A stretch of DNA of 64,000 bases from Phoronis australis (GCA_002633005.1 NMRA01000108.1:291006-355005); one strand, 5' to 3'; shown: positions 51,201 to 64,000, counted from the stretch's first letter. A program made the numbers and translations. The notes: generated from the sequence alone by a model not told the origin.

Positions 51201-54200
51201 AAAAGTGACTGGATCACTACTGGGAAGTGGTGAACTATGGGATAAAATTGTTGTAACACCTACGATGTTATTCATCTGGCATAAGTCAAGATTACATGTC
51301 ACGAGTATCTTACAGCTGAACAACACCAAGGAACATGCCTTAAACTGTGCAAACAATTCTAAACGTGATATTTGTTTGTATACAGAAACCAAGATTCCTT
51401 TAGCGTCATTTGATCATAGGCGGTGACCACAACCACTGTTTATAAGTACATACCAGTTTGAAACGAGCCATTATCAAACATTAGAAATGAGATTAACACT
51501 TCAAATACATTGAACTACTTACGTCAACCATGTCGTCACAATTGGAGGCTTCCAGTCGTTTAAAGAACTTCCCAGGAGTAGACGTCATGTTAGGACTCGA
51601 GATGACAGAGTTTGGTGATGAGGAGATAGCTCTGAAAGGCAGTGGTGACGGCTCTGGGAGGCGAACGTTCTCTGGGGAGCTCAACCACCCCGATGTATCG
51701 ACATCTGGGACACTGAACGGTTTAGCCCGTGAAGACAGCCTGCTGTGATCGTTTTCCTCGAAGAGGGGAGCACTGTAAGCACGAGGATGGCTGTCGCTTT
51801 GTGGAAGGGAATATTGGCTGACAGCAGATTGGTCAATAACAGAACCGTGATATCGACCAGATAAAGGAAGCTGGGTCAGTTCGGACTGATCGTTCTGTGA
51901 AGTACTAGCCGATTCACTGACGTCGGCCTCAAGTGGCCGTAGACGCTGCGCAGACCCGTCTCTCTGCGTTAAGTCATCGTTCGCGCTTGACTGAGACCGC
52001 AAAGACTTCCTCGCAATCCCCGGGGTAAACGGTGCAGACACTTCCGAAATTGGACGCATGCTAACTGAGAGAGTTGTGTCTAAACTTCTGGTGGACAAGC
52101 GCGAATCGTCGAGCCTACTGGCACGATAAGAACTCTGTGGTGTTTCGACTTCAGGAATGAGACTCAGCTCGTGTGCTTCATGATCAGTGACAGCAGACAT
52201 ATGCTTTGCTACAGGAGGCCGTCTGGCCTGTGTCATTGACCATGACGCTGTGGTGTGAAGACGCCTCTGTTTTTGCATCAGCTCCTCTTTTTGATGGCGT
52301 ACCTCATCCAACTGCGCCTGCAGTTCTTGCCGTCTCAGGTCAAACTCCTGTTGGCGCTGCGCCAAAGCCTCCAGATCAGGGCTAGATGGGAAGATTTGGG
52401 GAGAACTGAGCAGAACAGGAGACTCTTCACTCGGGGGACTCGTCCCCTGGCGGAGGCCTAAGCTGGCTAAAGTAGCAGCCAATGTGTCTCCAGGCAAAGG
52501 CCTGAATTCTGGAGGTGATAATTCAACGTCGCTAAGTTTGTCAGAATTTTGATCCCCTTTCAGCTTCTCTTCTGGTAATCGACCTTTCGTTGGTGGCACG
52601 CTGCTTGCTAGCCCAATGCGCGACTCTCTGAAAAAAAGATTTCGCATTGCACAATGAAAATTTCCTCTTAACATTAAAGTTTTTGGAGCCCAGGTTGGTG
52701 AACATGACAACTATGATGCACGTTAAAGTTTCGTACAATGTACATCAAAACAAATTATCTTATGACCCTGGAACAAAAAATCCCCAATGCTACATGTCCT
52801 TACATTCTCTAAGAAAAATTGTAAAGAAGTTAATTGATTCAGAAGTTCCCGAAAAAATCTCTGATCCCCAACTATTTGTTAGGGGAAGCAAGAACATGTG
52901 ACTTTGGGAATTGTTTGAACTAGTATCAAACATCATGATTCAGACGTTTAACATACACAAATAATTTGCTTTAATTTGAACTTTAGCCATAGCATTCGTC
53001 AACTTGGATACAGCAACTTAACGTAGTGCAAACAACCACAGGCAGCTAATACAATTTCCATGCTTGATTTCAAAACGGTCTGTGCAATTAAGTTACAGGA
53101 TTGAACAATAATTTAAAAGTTGATATATAAAATTCTTGATTGTTCATTTTCAGCCTTACCTTGAAGACAAACAAGTCACATTAAAGTTTTAATAGATACC
53201 ATTCAAGTCTAGCCTTCTTCAGAAGAAGAAAATCTTGCCCAACGTTTTCCACATAAAATACACAATAAGTGGTATTAAAGTTTTTCAAAGGTTCATCTCA
53301 ATTTAGCGGCGGATTAAGCATTTGCAAAACAGTACTCGTCAGTTTTTTTACCTTTCATTATCCCCTGAAAAAAATTATTACGGCATAAGGAGCCCACCTG
53401 AGAGTATCGTTCAAGCTTTCATCATTATCATCATCATCATCCGACTTGAGATGGCTGAACTGCATAGCTCTCATCTGGCTACGGAGTTCATCCTGATGCC
53501 TGTTGAACCTGCCCGGCGATTGCAATGACTGCAGAAGCCTCTGGCGATCAGCGGGTGACATGTAATCGTGGCTGATTGGAGGAGGTGAGGAGTGGGGTGG
53601 GGCAGGATCTGTGAGTGGTTTGGTATCTTTCATGACGGTTTTCCTGCAGATGGGAGAGGATGCTTTATCATTAGTTTTAAGATAGATTTGACTAGAGTTG
53701 CCCTCTGAGAGTGTAAGGACCTCCGACAATATGAGAAATGACAAGCATTGGATAAAACTTCACACCATGAATAACACGACGTGAACTATTGCTCTACTGA
53801 CAGAGGTACAACAACACAAAATCATTTCTTATAAAAATCAATTGGTCTTCCAATAATGATAAAAACCCGATATTTGACAATCTCTAAAACATAATTAAAA
53901 TATTTGAATTAAAAATTTAATCAGCACCACACAAAAGCAACTCAACTCCTTCAGCACAATTATTTCAACCTTTGCAACCATACATTATAATTGAATAGAC
54001 CAATCGGCTCACACTGTGTGATAAACTCGCTCAACTTTCAACTTCCAGCAAGCTTCTTGTCGAGATCATTGAAACCAAAGAAGGGTTGTACAAAATGGAT
54101 ATAGGATAAACTACATATTTCAAATTCACAATATTGCTACAAAACGTATCCACTGTTAACAAACAGTACAAGACCAAAGACTTGAAATTTACCCACGACT

Positions 54201-57200
54201 GCACCACAAAGGGTATGCTTCAGCAGCCACTAGATGGTGCAGAATATGCCAAACCCTTTCGAAAATGGGAAGGCGTCGTCATCTCCATAATAGACAACTA
54301 TTTGCAAAATTTCATGAAAATCAATTTAGAAAGTTAACTCAAAAAAGAGATAGAAGCAAAGATAAAAAACTCACATTGGTAATCATTTCCGTCTAAAAGT
54401 AGGCATCTGCTCTCAAGTTCACAGGAACAAATTTTACAAAGATCCTGCTAGAGGTTTAGGGCATACAACAGGAGATGCAAAAATGACACTAGGAGGCGCC
54501 ACAGTAGAAATCAATGCCAGTCATTTTCTTGTCAGTGGGACCACATCTTCCAATTTTTATAATGAGCCTCAGAGCAATTTGATGGATACAGAAGTGGACA
54601 AAAACAGATACATGACACATCTACCAAATGAATTTTCATGGTGGACAGAGGTAGGGACACCATAAAAATGGCCACTAAAAGGCGTAAAATTAACCCGTAC
54701 CTTCAGAAAATGAAAAGCCTTCATCTCCTTAACAGAAACCCATTAGCCAAATTTCATGAAAATGTGTTAGGAATTCCAAAGATACAGAGACAAATGATCT
54801 CTATAGCAGCTTGGTGGCAAGAGAGACACGTCAAGTCTATCTGAATTTCATGAAAATCCATTAAGAGTAATACAAATACAGAGGCAAATTAAAAACACTA
54901 AAACTGCCACTAGGGGGCACAGTGAAAGTCGGATCGGTCCAGAAAGTATCGTCATCAATCATCATCTTCATAGGAACACATCCGCCGAGTCTCATTAAGA
55001 TCGCACAATGTGTATGTGGGTACATAAAAAGCTTAGTGAAAACGTACTCATCCTCAGAATCAGTCGGCAGAGTGTAAAATTCTCTCATTTCACTCCTCAA
55101 CTCTTCTTGCTTTTGGTTAAAGTCAGATGCACTACGTCTTGTCTGACCCCCGTCTCCCTGGTTACGACCTGGATCTAAGAAATCCTCCAATCCCACAGCA
55201 GATAAGTCTCTGTTTCTCCAATTAGGTTCAGACAGGTGTTCCTTAGGTGCCAAGTTGTCAATAGGCAGCTGACCTCCCAACTCAGAATTGGACAGTGCGG
55301 TCCGTTGAGACAAATTTGCCACGCTTCCAACTCTGTCATAGAGCAGTCTGCTCCTCCAAACATTGCTGTTGGAATCTTCTCGCCTCTCAGAAGCTGCAGT
55401 GGGAAAACTAGCCCTTGCCTGTTGAGTAGGTACTCTGACATCACTAGCATTGATCGCATCTAACGCAGAGAGCATTGACTGCCTAACAAGGCGTTGGTCC
55501 TCGCGTGACATGCTTTGATCAGCTCTACTCAATCTCCCCTGTGTAAAGCTGATGTCCGTGTTAAATAGTCCATCATTAGATAGCCTCCCTTGACGAGGTT
55601 CTGATGCACCTTTTACTGTCTGATTAGGTCTATGTGACACTTCACCAGCATAATTCTCTCTCCCTATTAAAGGTCCAGAGCCTTGTGTTTTATCCTTCAG
55701 GCCCGATGACATAGATGTCACATGGTTTTCATTCATCTCTTCTCCAGACCCAGACAAGTGAGAGTCCGGTACACTGTACATACTCAACTCTGTTGTAGAG
55801 CCAGAACCACTGTTGGGTGAGCTTTGCTGGCTATAGTTTAGACTCTGAGATTGGGAAATCTGTGTCACAGTCTCGTGGGCACGGCTTAGAACTTGCGTTG
55901 GAGATGGGCGCAGTGGAAGTCTGTCATCGGTAATGTCACCATGCCCAGGATATCGCTGGGCGAGCAGCGGACTTTGGCTAGGGCTAATGATTCTTGTAGG
56001 AGACGAGCGCAAGGCAATTCTCTCTTGCTGCGACCAGCTTTCACCTTGCCCAGACTGAGACTCGTGATCGAAAATCGATGTCAGTGGAAAGAACTCAGAA
56101 CTCCCACGACCAAACACATGACTTGACGATCGAAAAGATTGGCGTTGCTGATCCGCTGTAGTGGGCATAGATGGAGCTCTGTTTTGTTCCGACGAAGCAG
56201 CCACTGCTGGCCTCACTTTTACCGGACCCAACATTTCAGCTATGGGCTGATTATACTCCACAGGAGAACTTTTTTCGTGTTCAGCTGGAGATTTATTGAA
56301 CGTCGGTCCTTGTGTTGGTAAGGCTGGGGGAATTGCCACTTGACCTGACGAGCCAAATGTTGATGGCATGGGATTTAATTTTTCAGCCGTACTTACAGTA
56401 ATGTGCTGATTTAATGAACCAGGATGAACCCGTTCTTTTAATTGTTCAGTCACCCGCCTATCACGAGATGCTCTGCTTTCTCTGACTACAGAAGCTTCAT
56501 TACGTTTTGGTTGAGAAACTGTTGGAGGCATTGCTTCAACCAAACTTCCTGGAGTAGACCTGCCCTGTTTACCAAGTGATGCCTGTTCAGCAACTGGTCT
56601 GTCAAGAGATGGCGCTTCATCATAATCTGATTCAGGAAATACCTGTGGCTTTGCCTTGTGCAGGCCAGGACCTGGTGGTAAATCTGGGGTCCAGTCACTA
56701 GATGGCATTCTAATCCTCTCCTGTCCAAGTGATCTGTCTAACGTTGGTCTTGGTGGTGACATTGATGTAGATATAGCCATTGAGGGGAGTATTTCATGAG
56801 GCCTGTGACTGCGTGCAACAGCGGGAGTCTCGTTCAAGTCACCCATGACATACGGAGGAGCTTTGGAAGTGCTAGCAACTGCTTGGTTGTCAGTCATTTC
56901 TGGTCGTTGCCGTTTGAATGTGTCGTGTTCCTCTATCGTCTGCTTACGAGCTCTGAGTACATCAAGCTTTTTCTCCATGTCTTGAATGTGTCGTCTGCAA
57001 TACAACGTTGTCATGGTTAGTAATTTTGAACAAGAAATGAACATCCACAGAGAAACCATGAGATAAACTTGAAGAACCTTAACCAAGAACCTAGTAATTG
57101 CAACAATACAAAAGTCTTAATATGTCGTTGAGTAAATGTAAATAGTTCACCAGTTCGCGACAGTAAAATAATTATTATTTTGGTCGAGGTTAGAGCTGGT

Positions 57201-60200
57201 ACCAAAATTTAGAAATTAACAATACTGGCCATCCCAAATTCAAGAATAGCCAGAAACGTGAATTTTATGTTGGCAACAGCTATTTTTGAAGATTTATCCC
57301 AGTCTTAGTTGACACAAAACGCGAGTCCAATACTTGAGAAATACGAAAAATGCCAACTTTATCCATGCCCCAATCTTCAGAATCAAGAAAATACAATTTC
57401 AGTGTCCCAAATTTTAGCGACTTTCCCAAATTGGAGAATTTTTACCATAGATTGTTAGTCATGAAGAACAGAAAGTGTGACCTCACCAAAAAACCTTCAA
57501 AAACTTGTATAAAATTCGTAATTCCAATTCGTTCAGAAACACTTCAATGCGAAAAAACTTTGTGGATAGAACATCCCTGGGCTACCATGTATTCTGACAA
57601 ATTCCTCGACTTGTGTGCAGCTGAAAAGCTGGATTTCCTGAAAATTTTATTCATAATTTATAAACTAAGCAAAGTTTATATAAAGGGCATCAGTTTGTGA
57701 AAGATAGATGTTTGTAATTGTACCGTCTCTGCATCTGCTTGCAATTGTTGTACCACAGTGACACGTCTAGGGTACAAAATCTAGATAATGAAGGCACACT
57801 TGCAAAAGGGAAACTTTAAATCTACATACTGAAGGCTTTCCTGCTCTTCTTGGGCTTTGGCTAGTTTATCAGCGACTTGTGAGTCAGCAACAGACTGCAA
57901 ACAAAAGACAGAAACTAGTGATGGAAGATACAGTAAACATATTCGAAGTTTCATTCAGAGGGTTACTCCCATATATATCTCTTAGCCTCAAACCAAACGT
58001 TGAAATACAGCGCTAAATGAAGATGCATTCAACTTGCTAAGAGCATTGTCACACTAAGTGAGTTCTCGGTATGAGCTGGAAAACACAGAAAATTAGTAAA
58101 ATCCTACTAAGTATTGAGATTGACGAGACTTCAGTATGAGTTCCATAGTAGGCGTCACATAGCGTTGGGTAATAACACTGCATGACGTGGCTTATATGTC
58201 CCCACGATAAATGCCACAAGGAACAACATCCTCTTTCTCCAAATCTTTTATTCATTAGAGGGTACTTTTCTATTCCGGGTTCACAGATAATCAGGGCCCG
58301 GTCTCTAATATTTGTACTCGAAATGAACTAAAAACTATTTTTGGCAATTTCTCAGCTCCTTTTGTGCGAACTTAAGATAATTGGTTATCAGACTGTGCTC
58401 GAATACATTATAGTTTATGCATAGGAGTTTCTAGTTCAAGTTTGCCCTTGAAGACCCTTATATTCGAACTACAAACTCGAGTAAAAACTCTAAATTTCGA
58501 GTTCAAACTCGAACTTATTGCTTTAATATTGGGTTTACAAACTGTGAACTAAGGCCAATGAATTATCTACGTAAGTTATTGTGTACTATAGCATAGAATA
58601 ATAGACACTTATCTTGAGTTCGCCCAAAAGTAGAGTAGAAAATGTCAAACCTAATTTCGAGTTCCATTTCGAGTAAAAAGATTGGAGACCGGGCCCAGGG
58701 CAGTGTTTTGGGTTTGAAACATCAACATAAAAGGCTCAATTAAGGCCTGAAATCATCAGCCAATACTGTGCAACGCCCAGAACACAGTAGCCTAGGTGAC
58801 ACAATCTACTTTAACAACTGACTGGCAATGAACAGATTGCCTTAGCTCTTCCACTAGCCTATTAATGTCTCACTGCACATAATTCCCAACACTGAGGTTT
58901 AATAGTCATCTTAACAGATAACCAGTGGGTTCAGTCATATGGAAGATATGTACTGTGAGATATACTAAAATAAAATTGCTTTCCAATTTCTAAAATGACT
59001 TAGGATAGTGGGCGAATGTAAGTGCCACTTAAAAATGAATCAGGATAATTTCTGCCAATACTGCTTAGTGCAATAATACGACCAGGAATGTATCCAATAG
59101 ACCCCAGACTCACAGCTAGCACCTGTGGTGAAAAAAATCTTCGCTTACCGAAACAGTGATTTGCAGGGCTTGGAATGACCAATGACAAAAACAGGAAAAA
59201 TTTCCAGGTGGTGCATCGTTCCACGAATAAATAGGTGTGTGTGATAGAAATATTTTTGTGATGTAAAATTTAACTGAAATAAAAATTAATGCATGAATAA
59301 AGTTGAAATAATGATAAAAAAGAGACGAAAAAAGAGGAAACAGTAAATCAAATAAAAGGAAATCAGATCCAAAAAAGAAGAAATCCTCTTAAAAGAGGAA
59401 AATTCCAGGCACTGGATTTCTATGCTGTAATACAACATTCCAACCTCACCGACAAATCAACGGTCGTCATTTTGTTATGTAATACTTGTAAACTCTCGTG
59501 CATACTCGCAAAATGCCTTTCAGTTGCGTAATTTCAGGTGATCGGGCGTTATATACAGAATACATTCCTGACCTTGTCATTAGTATCAATTTTGAAGAGG
59601 ATACACTCCTATGACTATCATTCCAGAGTGCATTACAACAAAGCTTCATCGACAGACCTGGTGTTTTGCGCCTCTTCTGAGCCTCTCGGCTTGCTCTATA
59701 GGGTGCAGCAGTGGATCGTTTCCAGCTATCACCGAGTCACTTTTACCGGACGTTGCTGTACTCTGCGAACCACTAGACATGGTATAGACCGATAGCGGAG
59801 AATCTTTTTGTTCTGAGAGCAGTCCGTCTGAGATGGGGTGCTGGCCGGACACTGTTTCCTCTGCAAAAAAATCATGGTAGGAAAAGATTGGTACACTCCA
59901 TGACCCATTGACTTAACTGTGCCTCACATGCACATCGTGTTTTCATTTTCCAGAACTTTTCCAGGATACAATTTTCATTTCCATAAATTATTTTCCATAG
60001 TTTTTGCAGAGGAGTTATTAGCCAAGCATAAATAAATGGGTGACTTCTAACAAGGCTTGCAAAGTTAGATTCTTCTTTCTTATGGGTTTTTTATCCTAAA
60101 GACAAAAAATTAAATTGACAATGACAGCACCAGTTTATTCAAGATATTGGGATGAGGCAGTTGGCTACACCATTGAATGTATTAGCCAGGGTTTCGTGTT

Positions 60201-63200
60201 GCAAAGGCTTAAGTTATGATGATTAAAGGGATAGCTTTGCAATCAAAACATGAGATATGCTGTCATAACATGGAAGACACCCATTTTAGTGACTACATCG
60301 CACTAGAATCCATCAGCAAAAGAAGTCAAGTTCAAGTATCATGGGACTATGTAAATATTTGCAGGATTAAATTGAGATTTCTCGTACAGAGAAGCTTAAT
60401 GGTTGTTACGAACTGCAGAATATGTCCAAAAACATAAAGAATATCAAAAATACATTTAATGAAAGCATTAAAAGATTTAATAAAAACAAAAACATAGTTA
60501 ACTGACGATTGCGAGACTAGAAAATTTATACTGCAAACTAAATCGTACTGTCTGTTAAAAACCTTATTCACAGAACATAGTTTCTAATATATAAATATTG
60601 AGTATCATGATGACATATCGTAGACACATAAACATTGCAACTGCAAGTTACAACCAATAAGCAGCTGATTTGGCATGATTAAAGCGACATTAAATCCATG
60701 CTTTCTGTTAAAATACAGAACTTTGATTTAGGTCACTTATCATCATAAAATAAGTCTGATTTGGTTCCTTATTCAGTTTAGAAATGACCTAGGGAAGGAT
60801 TGACAGTACTTTTACTTTTTCTGATGAAAATCATAAAAAATTGAAGGTGGTGATGTGTCAAAAAACAAGGGTTTAATTCCCTTTGACACCAACAGGAAAA
60901 GGTTGAGAGCTTTTACCAGTAGACAGGGATTCCCTCTCAGGTGGAGAAGGCCTAGGAAGTCCAGCTACGGGTGCTTCGTCTCTTATTGGAGTCAACTCCG
61001 TCTGGTTCACCTCCTCCCATTCTTTCCGCTGCTTGTGAATACGAGATATCAACTTTTTCAGAGCTTTCTCTGCAAAAACGCATTCAGTAGGGACAAAGGC
61101 AACAACAACAGACATGGATAATTTAGAAATGTTTTAACAGTCAGAATTTCACACAATACAAACATAAGGATTTTGATATCTCCTTTCCTGTATGAATAAC
61201 TTTTTGCCAAAAAACAACTTCAGATGTTACAACGGTTTGTCTTTAAATGACAGTGAAGCTTTGCCACTTACAGACCCAAGAGTTCAAACCACGCATTGTT
61301 TGACGTTTGATGTTTAAATGACCTGTATGCATTTAGCCAGCATCAAAAACTATGTGTGCACATACACATGCACATGCACACGCAGCCCCCTCCCCACACA
61401 CACAGAGGAACAGTCTATACTACCCATCAATAACTTACCTTTGACCTTTTCTCCACTGGTCTTTGGGCTTCCCGCCACAATATTGGTTACCTCCTTAAGA
61501 GGCACAGGTTTAGTCGCTTTCTCGTCATTGTCACGAGTGGGCGTGTCCTCGTCTGATGGAACAGGAGTCACGTCAAGGTCATCCACGAGACTGGGGCGCA
61601 CGGGGGGTTGTTGAGGATCCAGGGCCAGGGACAGGTCACCACAGAAATCTGAGTGGAATGAAACAGAGGTCACTCCGCGAAAAGCTCTACAAGAGTGACT
61701 TTAGCATCGCAAACAATACTAAGAGTTTAGAAAGACGCACACCAGGCACCCGATGAGAAATTTCAAAACCAATGACGCAAAAAGTGATGAAAAGGTGTAG
61801 GAGCACATCTGCAGAAACAGAGAGACTCAAAGGAATTACGCAGCCATTTGACCTCCACTAGAATCTTATTTTTCACTAATTTTGGAAAAAGCAACTAAAA
61901 ATGTTAAAACCAGACAGGACATTTTTCACTATTGAAAAGGCTTTTTGTAAAACAAACTGGCACCTGCACAGACTGTGGCAACCATCAAATTGTGACAGTT
62001 TGTATTGACCTTCAAAGCAACTGCTATAATTTATCCTTATGACATTTTCTGATTTGTAGGATTGTAGAGGTGACTGGACAGAGAAGATGACTCCCCCCAA
62101 GGTGTGCAAAAATGTCTCAGCTTGTGGGTAATGTTTGAGTTTATTTGACTCCAGAAACCTCAAATTGTCGCAGCCAAAACCTATGACAGCTTGTTACCCA
62201 AAGGCCAGCACAAATTGCCACAGTTTGAATACAGCAACAGTTTGAGGTCTTGCAGGAATCACTTAAGTGTTACAAATGCTCAAATCTTTCTTCACTTTTG
62301 TTGACATTCACTTATCCACCAAACTGTTCATAGTTTATACAATTACATAAATAAACAAATCATAGCACAATTTTACTAACCAGTCGCAGCCAAATACATG
62401 TTTTCAAAAGCTTCCTCCATATTCCGCTGTTGTTCAGTTTTCTGGTCCAGGCGCTGATGAGGTGGGTTGAAAATGTTTTTCTAAAACACAGCATATGTAT
62501 AGTGCAGCATTTATACAGCAATGTATCCAAAAGCTGTACAGTGCAGACTTCAAGCTACTACTTGTTAAGGTATTGCAAAATATTAAGTCAACAAAAATGA
62601 AACCTCACTTCAAATTGAACAAACTATTGCCATGGTTGCATCATTCTAATTTGCAAGGGGTGATTACCTGACATAAGAATTGCTCCTACTTGCATTCTAT
62701 GACACCTACATGCAGTAAACATAATGTCAAGCATGGAAATGAATCCTTTAATTTTAGTTTTGCATAACAATCAACAAAATGAAAACTCCATCCCATGTTG
62801 CGAAATGCATTGGTTTGCTTACCATACTGGTCAGGGAATTGCTCTTCAATTTTGCNTTCAAAGCAACTGCTATAATTTTTCCTTATGACATTTTCTGATT
62901 TGTAGGATTGTAGAGGTGACTAGACGAAAAAGATGACTCCCCCAAGGTGTGCAAAAATGTCTCAGCTTGTGGGTAGTATCTGAGTTTATTTGACTCCACA
63001 AACCTCAAATCCTCAAATTGTCGCAGCCAAAACCTACGACAGCTTGTGACCCAAAGGTCAGCACAAATTGTCACAGTTTGAATACAGCAACAGTTTGAGG
63101 TCTTGTAGGAATCACTCAGGGCTTGGAATGACCAATGACAAAAAACGCGGAAACTTTGAAACCTTTTACGGCCCAAATCATGCCCGATAACCAGCCTTGA

Positions 63201-63850
63201 AATGGTCAATGTGAACCTTTCCCCGACAAAAATCAATCGGGAGGACTAAAAAAAACAACGTTACCACCATCAGTAGCATGCGTCTGCGTCCTTTTAGCTC
63301 GCCCGTCCACTCCCAACCCACACATTTTTGGCTGCAGAGCGGTAGTATTTGTCGCCGCGCTCAACAATAACACGAGACGCCATTGAAAATCCCACCACGC
63401 TGCCCCAGATGCCCCGGCAATGTTGACAATTTACGTTCCTCCGAAACATAAAGAGCAACTTCCGCTTTTCGAGGTGAACGTCGTCTGCAACGCCGCGGCA
63501 AGAAAGGAATTTGCCACGGAAATTTTATATCAAATCCGATTTTTTACGCGGAAATATTATAAAAAAAGCGGAAAGCACATTTGAAAAAAGCGGAAATCCG
63601 CGTTTCCGCGGAAAATTCCAAGCCCTGATCACTAAAGTGTTAAAAATGCTCAAATCTTTCTTCACTTTTGTTGATATTCACTTATCCACCAAACTGTTCA
63701 TAGTTTATACAGTTACATAAATAAAGAAATCATAGCACAATTTTACTTACCAGTCGCAGCCAAATACATGTTTTCAAAAGCTTCCTCCATATTCCGCTGT
63801 TGTTCAGTTTTCTGGTCTAGGCGCTGATGAGGTGGGTTGAAAATGTTTTT
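29666..63850 (-). CDS. CEP295: CEP295 (KIAA1731/Ana1-like) centriolar protein with C-terminal ALMS motif; 5' end outside the window
   Basis: Phase-consistent GT-AG exons: 62480-62381 (duplicate 63850-63751), 61648-61439, 61069-60917, 59860-59658, 57894-57830, 56994-55048, 53643-53398, 52627-51523, [link unresolved], 48015-38855, 37187-35201, 33359-33141, 32250-32157, 31190-31091, 29707-29666. Peptides QRNMEEAFENMY..GDLSLALDP, ALKKLISRIHKQ, LLHPIEQAERLR and HELSLIPEVETP resemble recalled CEP295 blocks. SLQEALLKKNPKF...RSNRLYNQLEEVKKK...NRQRRKEF is an ALMS motif. Confidence 0.75.
31091..31190 (-). CDS. CEP295: CEP295 exon, ALMS-motif core
   Basis: tag|G...ATG|gtaggt boundaries; encodes RLYNQLEEVKKKQQDKERKEALMLNRQRRKEFEM. 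Confidence 0.8.
33141..33359 (-). CDS. CEP295: CEP295 exon, start of the ALMS motif
   Basis: cag| and |gtaagt boundaries; encodes QPSLQEALLKKNPKFFKQAEKRRRKL. Confidence 0.8.
33471..35024 (+). mobile_element. Helentron-associated (HINE/DINE-1-like) element with an internal ~140-bp tandem array
   Basis: 5' AACAAGAG...AAATGTGCCCACG and 3' ATATGTACCCACATGTAAATATGTGGGCGCGTAAAAA (subterminal repeat, hairpin, A-run). About 10 degenerate internal units are centred on GCCACTAGRKGGCRC-like motifs. Confidence 0.6.
35201..37187 (-). CDS. CEP295: CEP295 large exon (1987 nt), low-complexity
   Basis: Lies within ORF 35103-37337; acceptor cttttcag|CCA, donor G|gtaagt; phases match both neighbouring exons. 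Confidence 0.75.
38855..48015 (-). CDS. CEP295: Giant 9161-nt coding exon (about 3050 aa, S/Q/K/P-rich) of the CEP295 locus
   Basis: Uninterrupted ORF 38819-48124 with a polypyrimidine acceptor tccttag| at 48016 and donor CTG|gtaagg at 38854. It is in phase with the next exon. Confidence 0.8.
51523..52627 (-). CDS. CEP295: CEP295 exon (coiled coil plus HELSLIPEVETP block)
   Basis: tttttcag| and GAC|gtaagt boundaries; QRQQEFDLRRQELQAQL coiled-coil segment. Confidence 0.8.
54157..55030 (+). mobile_element. Second HINE-like element of the same family
   Basis: 5' AAATTTACCCACG and 3' ATGTGGGTACATAAAAA. Internal units carry GCCACTAGATGGTGC, GACACTAGGAGGCGC and GCCACTAGGGGGCAC, each followed downstream by CCAAATTTCATGAAAAT-like blocks. 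Confidence 0.55.
55048..56994 (-). CDS. CEP295: CEP295 large exon (1947 nt)
   Basis: Lies within ORF 54861-57086; ttgcag| and GA|gtacgt boundaries; phase 2-2, consistent with the flanking exons. Confidence 0.8.
58295..58695. mobile_element. PIF/Harbinger-type MITE
   Basis: TIRs GGCCCGGTCTC and GAGACCGGGCC (imperfectly extendable), with CAG 3-bp direct repeats on both sides. Confidence 0.8.
59164..59414. mobile_element. hAT-like MITE (CAGGGCTTGGAAT family)
   Basis: CAGGGCTTGGAAT...ATTCCAGGCACTG, flanked by GATTTG and GATTTC (6-bp TSD, one mismatch). Confidence 0.75.
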
Positions 63851-64000
63851 CTAAAACACAGCATATGTACAGTGCAGCATTTATACACTCAGCAATGTAT
63901 CCAAAAGCTCTACAGTGCAGACCTCAAGCTACTACCTGTTAAAAGGTATTTCAAAATATTTAGTCAACAAAAATGAAACCTCACTTCAAATTGAACAAAC
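62011..64000. repeat. Duplication across N 62856 (likely two haplotypes), duplicating a CEP295 exon
   Basis: 62011-62624 aligns with 62857-64000 apart from SNPs, small indels and a 511-bp insertion. Confidence 0.9.
63117..63627. mobile_element. hAT-like MITE with perfect 13-bp TIRs and a 6-bp TSD
   Basis: ATCACT-CAGGGCTTGGAAT...ATTCCAAGCCCTG-ATCACT. The duplicate locus has a single ATCACT near 62258. Confidence 0.9.

Overview
This is AT-rich, intron-containing animal genomic DNA, probably from an invertebrate, with six single-N assembly joins (606, 8226, 14419, 26902, 29296, 62856). Four gene models can be rebuilt from GT-AG boundaries. (1-2) Two tandem 3-exon MAPEG-family genes (MGST1/PTGES-like) lie on the minus strand: 18214-19742 is intact, while 10021-13823 has an in-frame TGA and an Arg-to-Ser change in the family signature. 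(3) An orphan multi-pass membrane protein of about 850 aa is encoded by one coding exon (22655-25201, +). (4) Most of a very large CEP295/ALMS-motif centriolar gene lies on the minus strand (29666 to >63850, 5' end outside the window), with a 9.16-kb coding exon. Intergenic and intronic DNA holds many transposon relics: an IS3EU-like integrase with a 21-bp palindrome array, a Penelope-like RT, Harbinger/pogo/hAT MITEs, and two Helentron-like elements with regularly spaced CTCF-like motifs. Three duplications next to Ns look like uncollapsed haplotypes; one shows filled and empty sites of a MITE insertion. All family assignments come from motif recall, not database searches.
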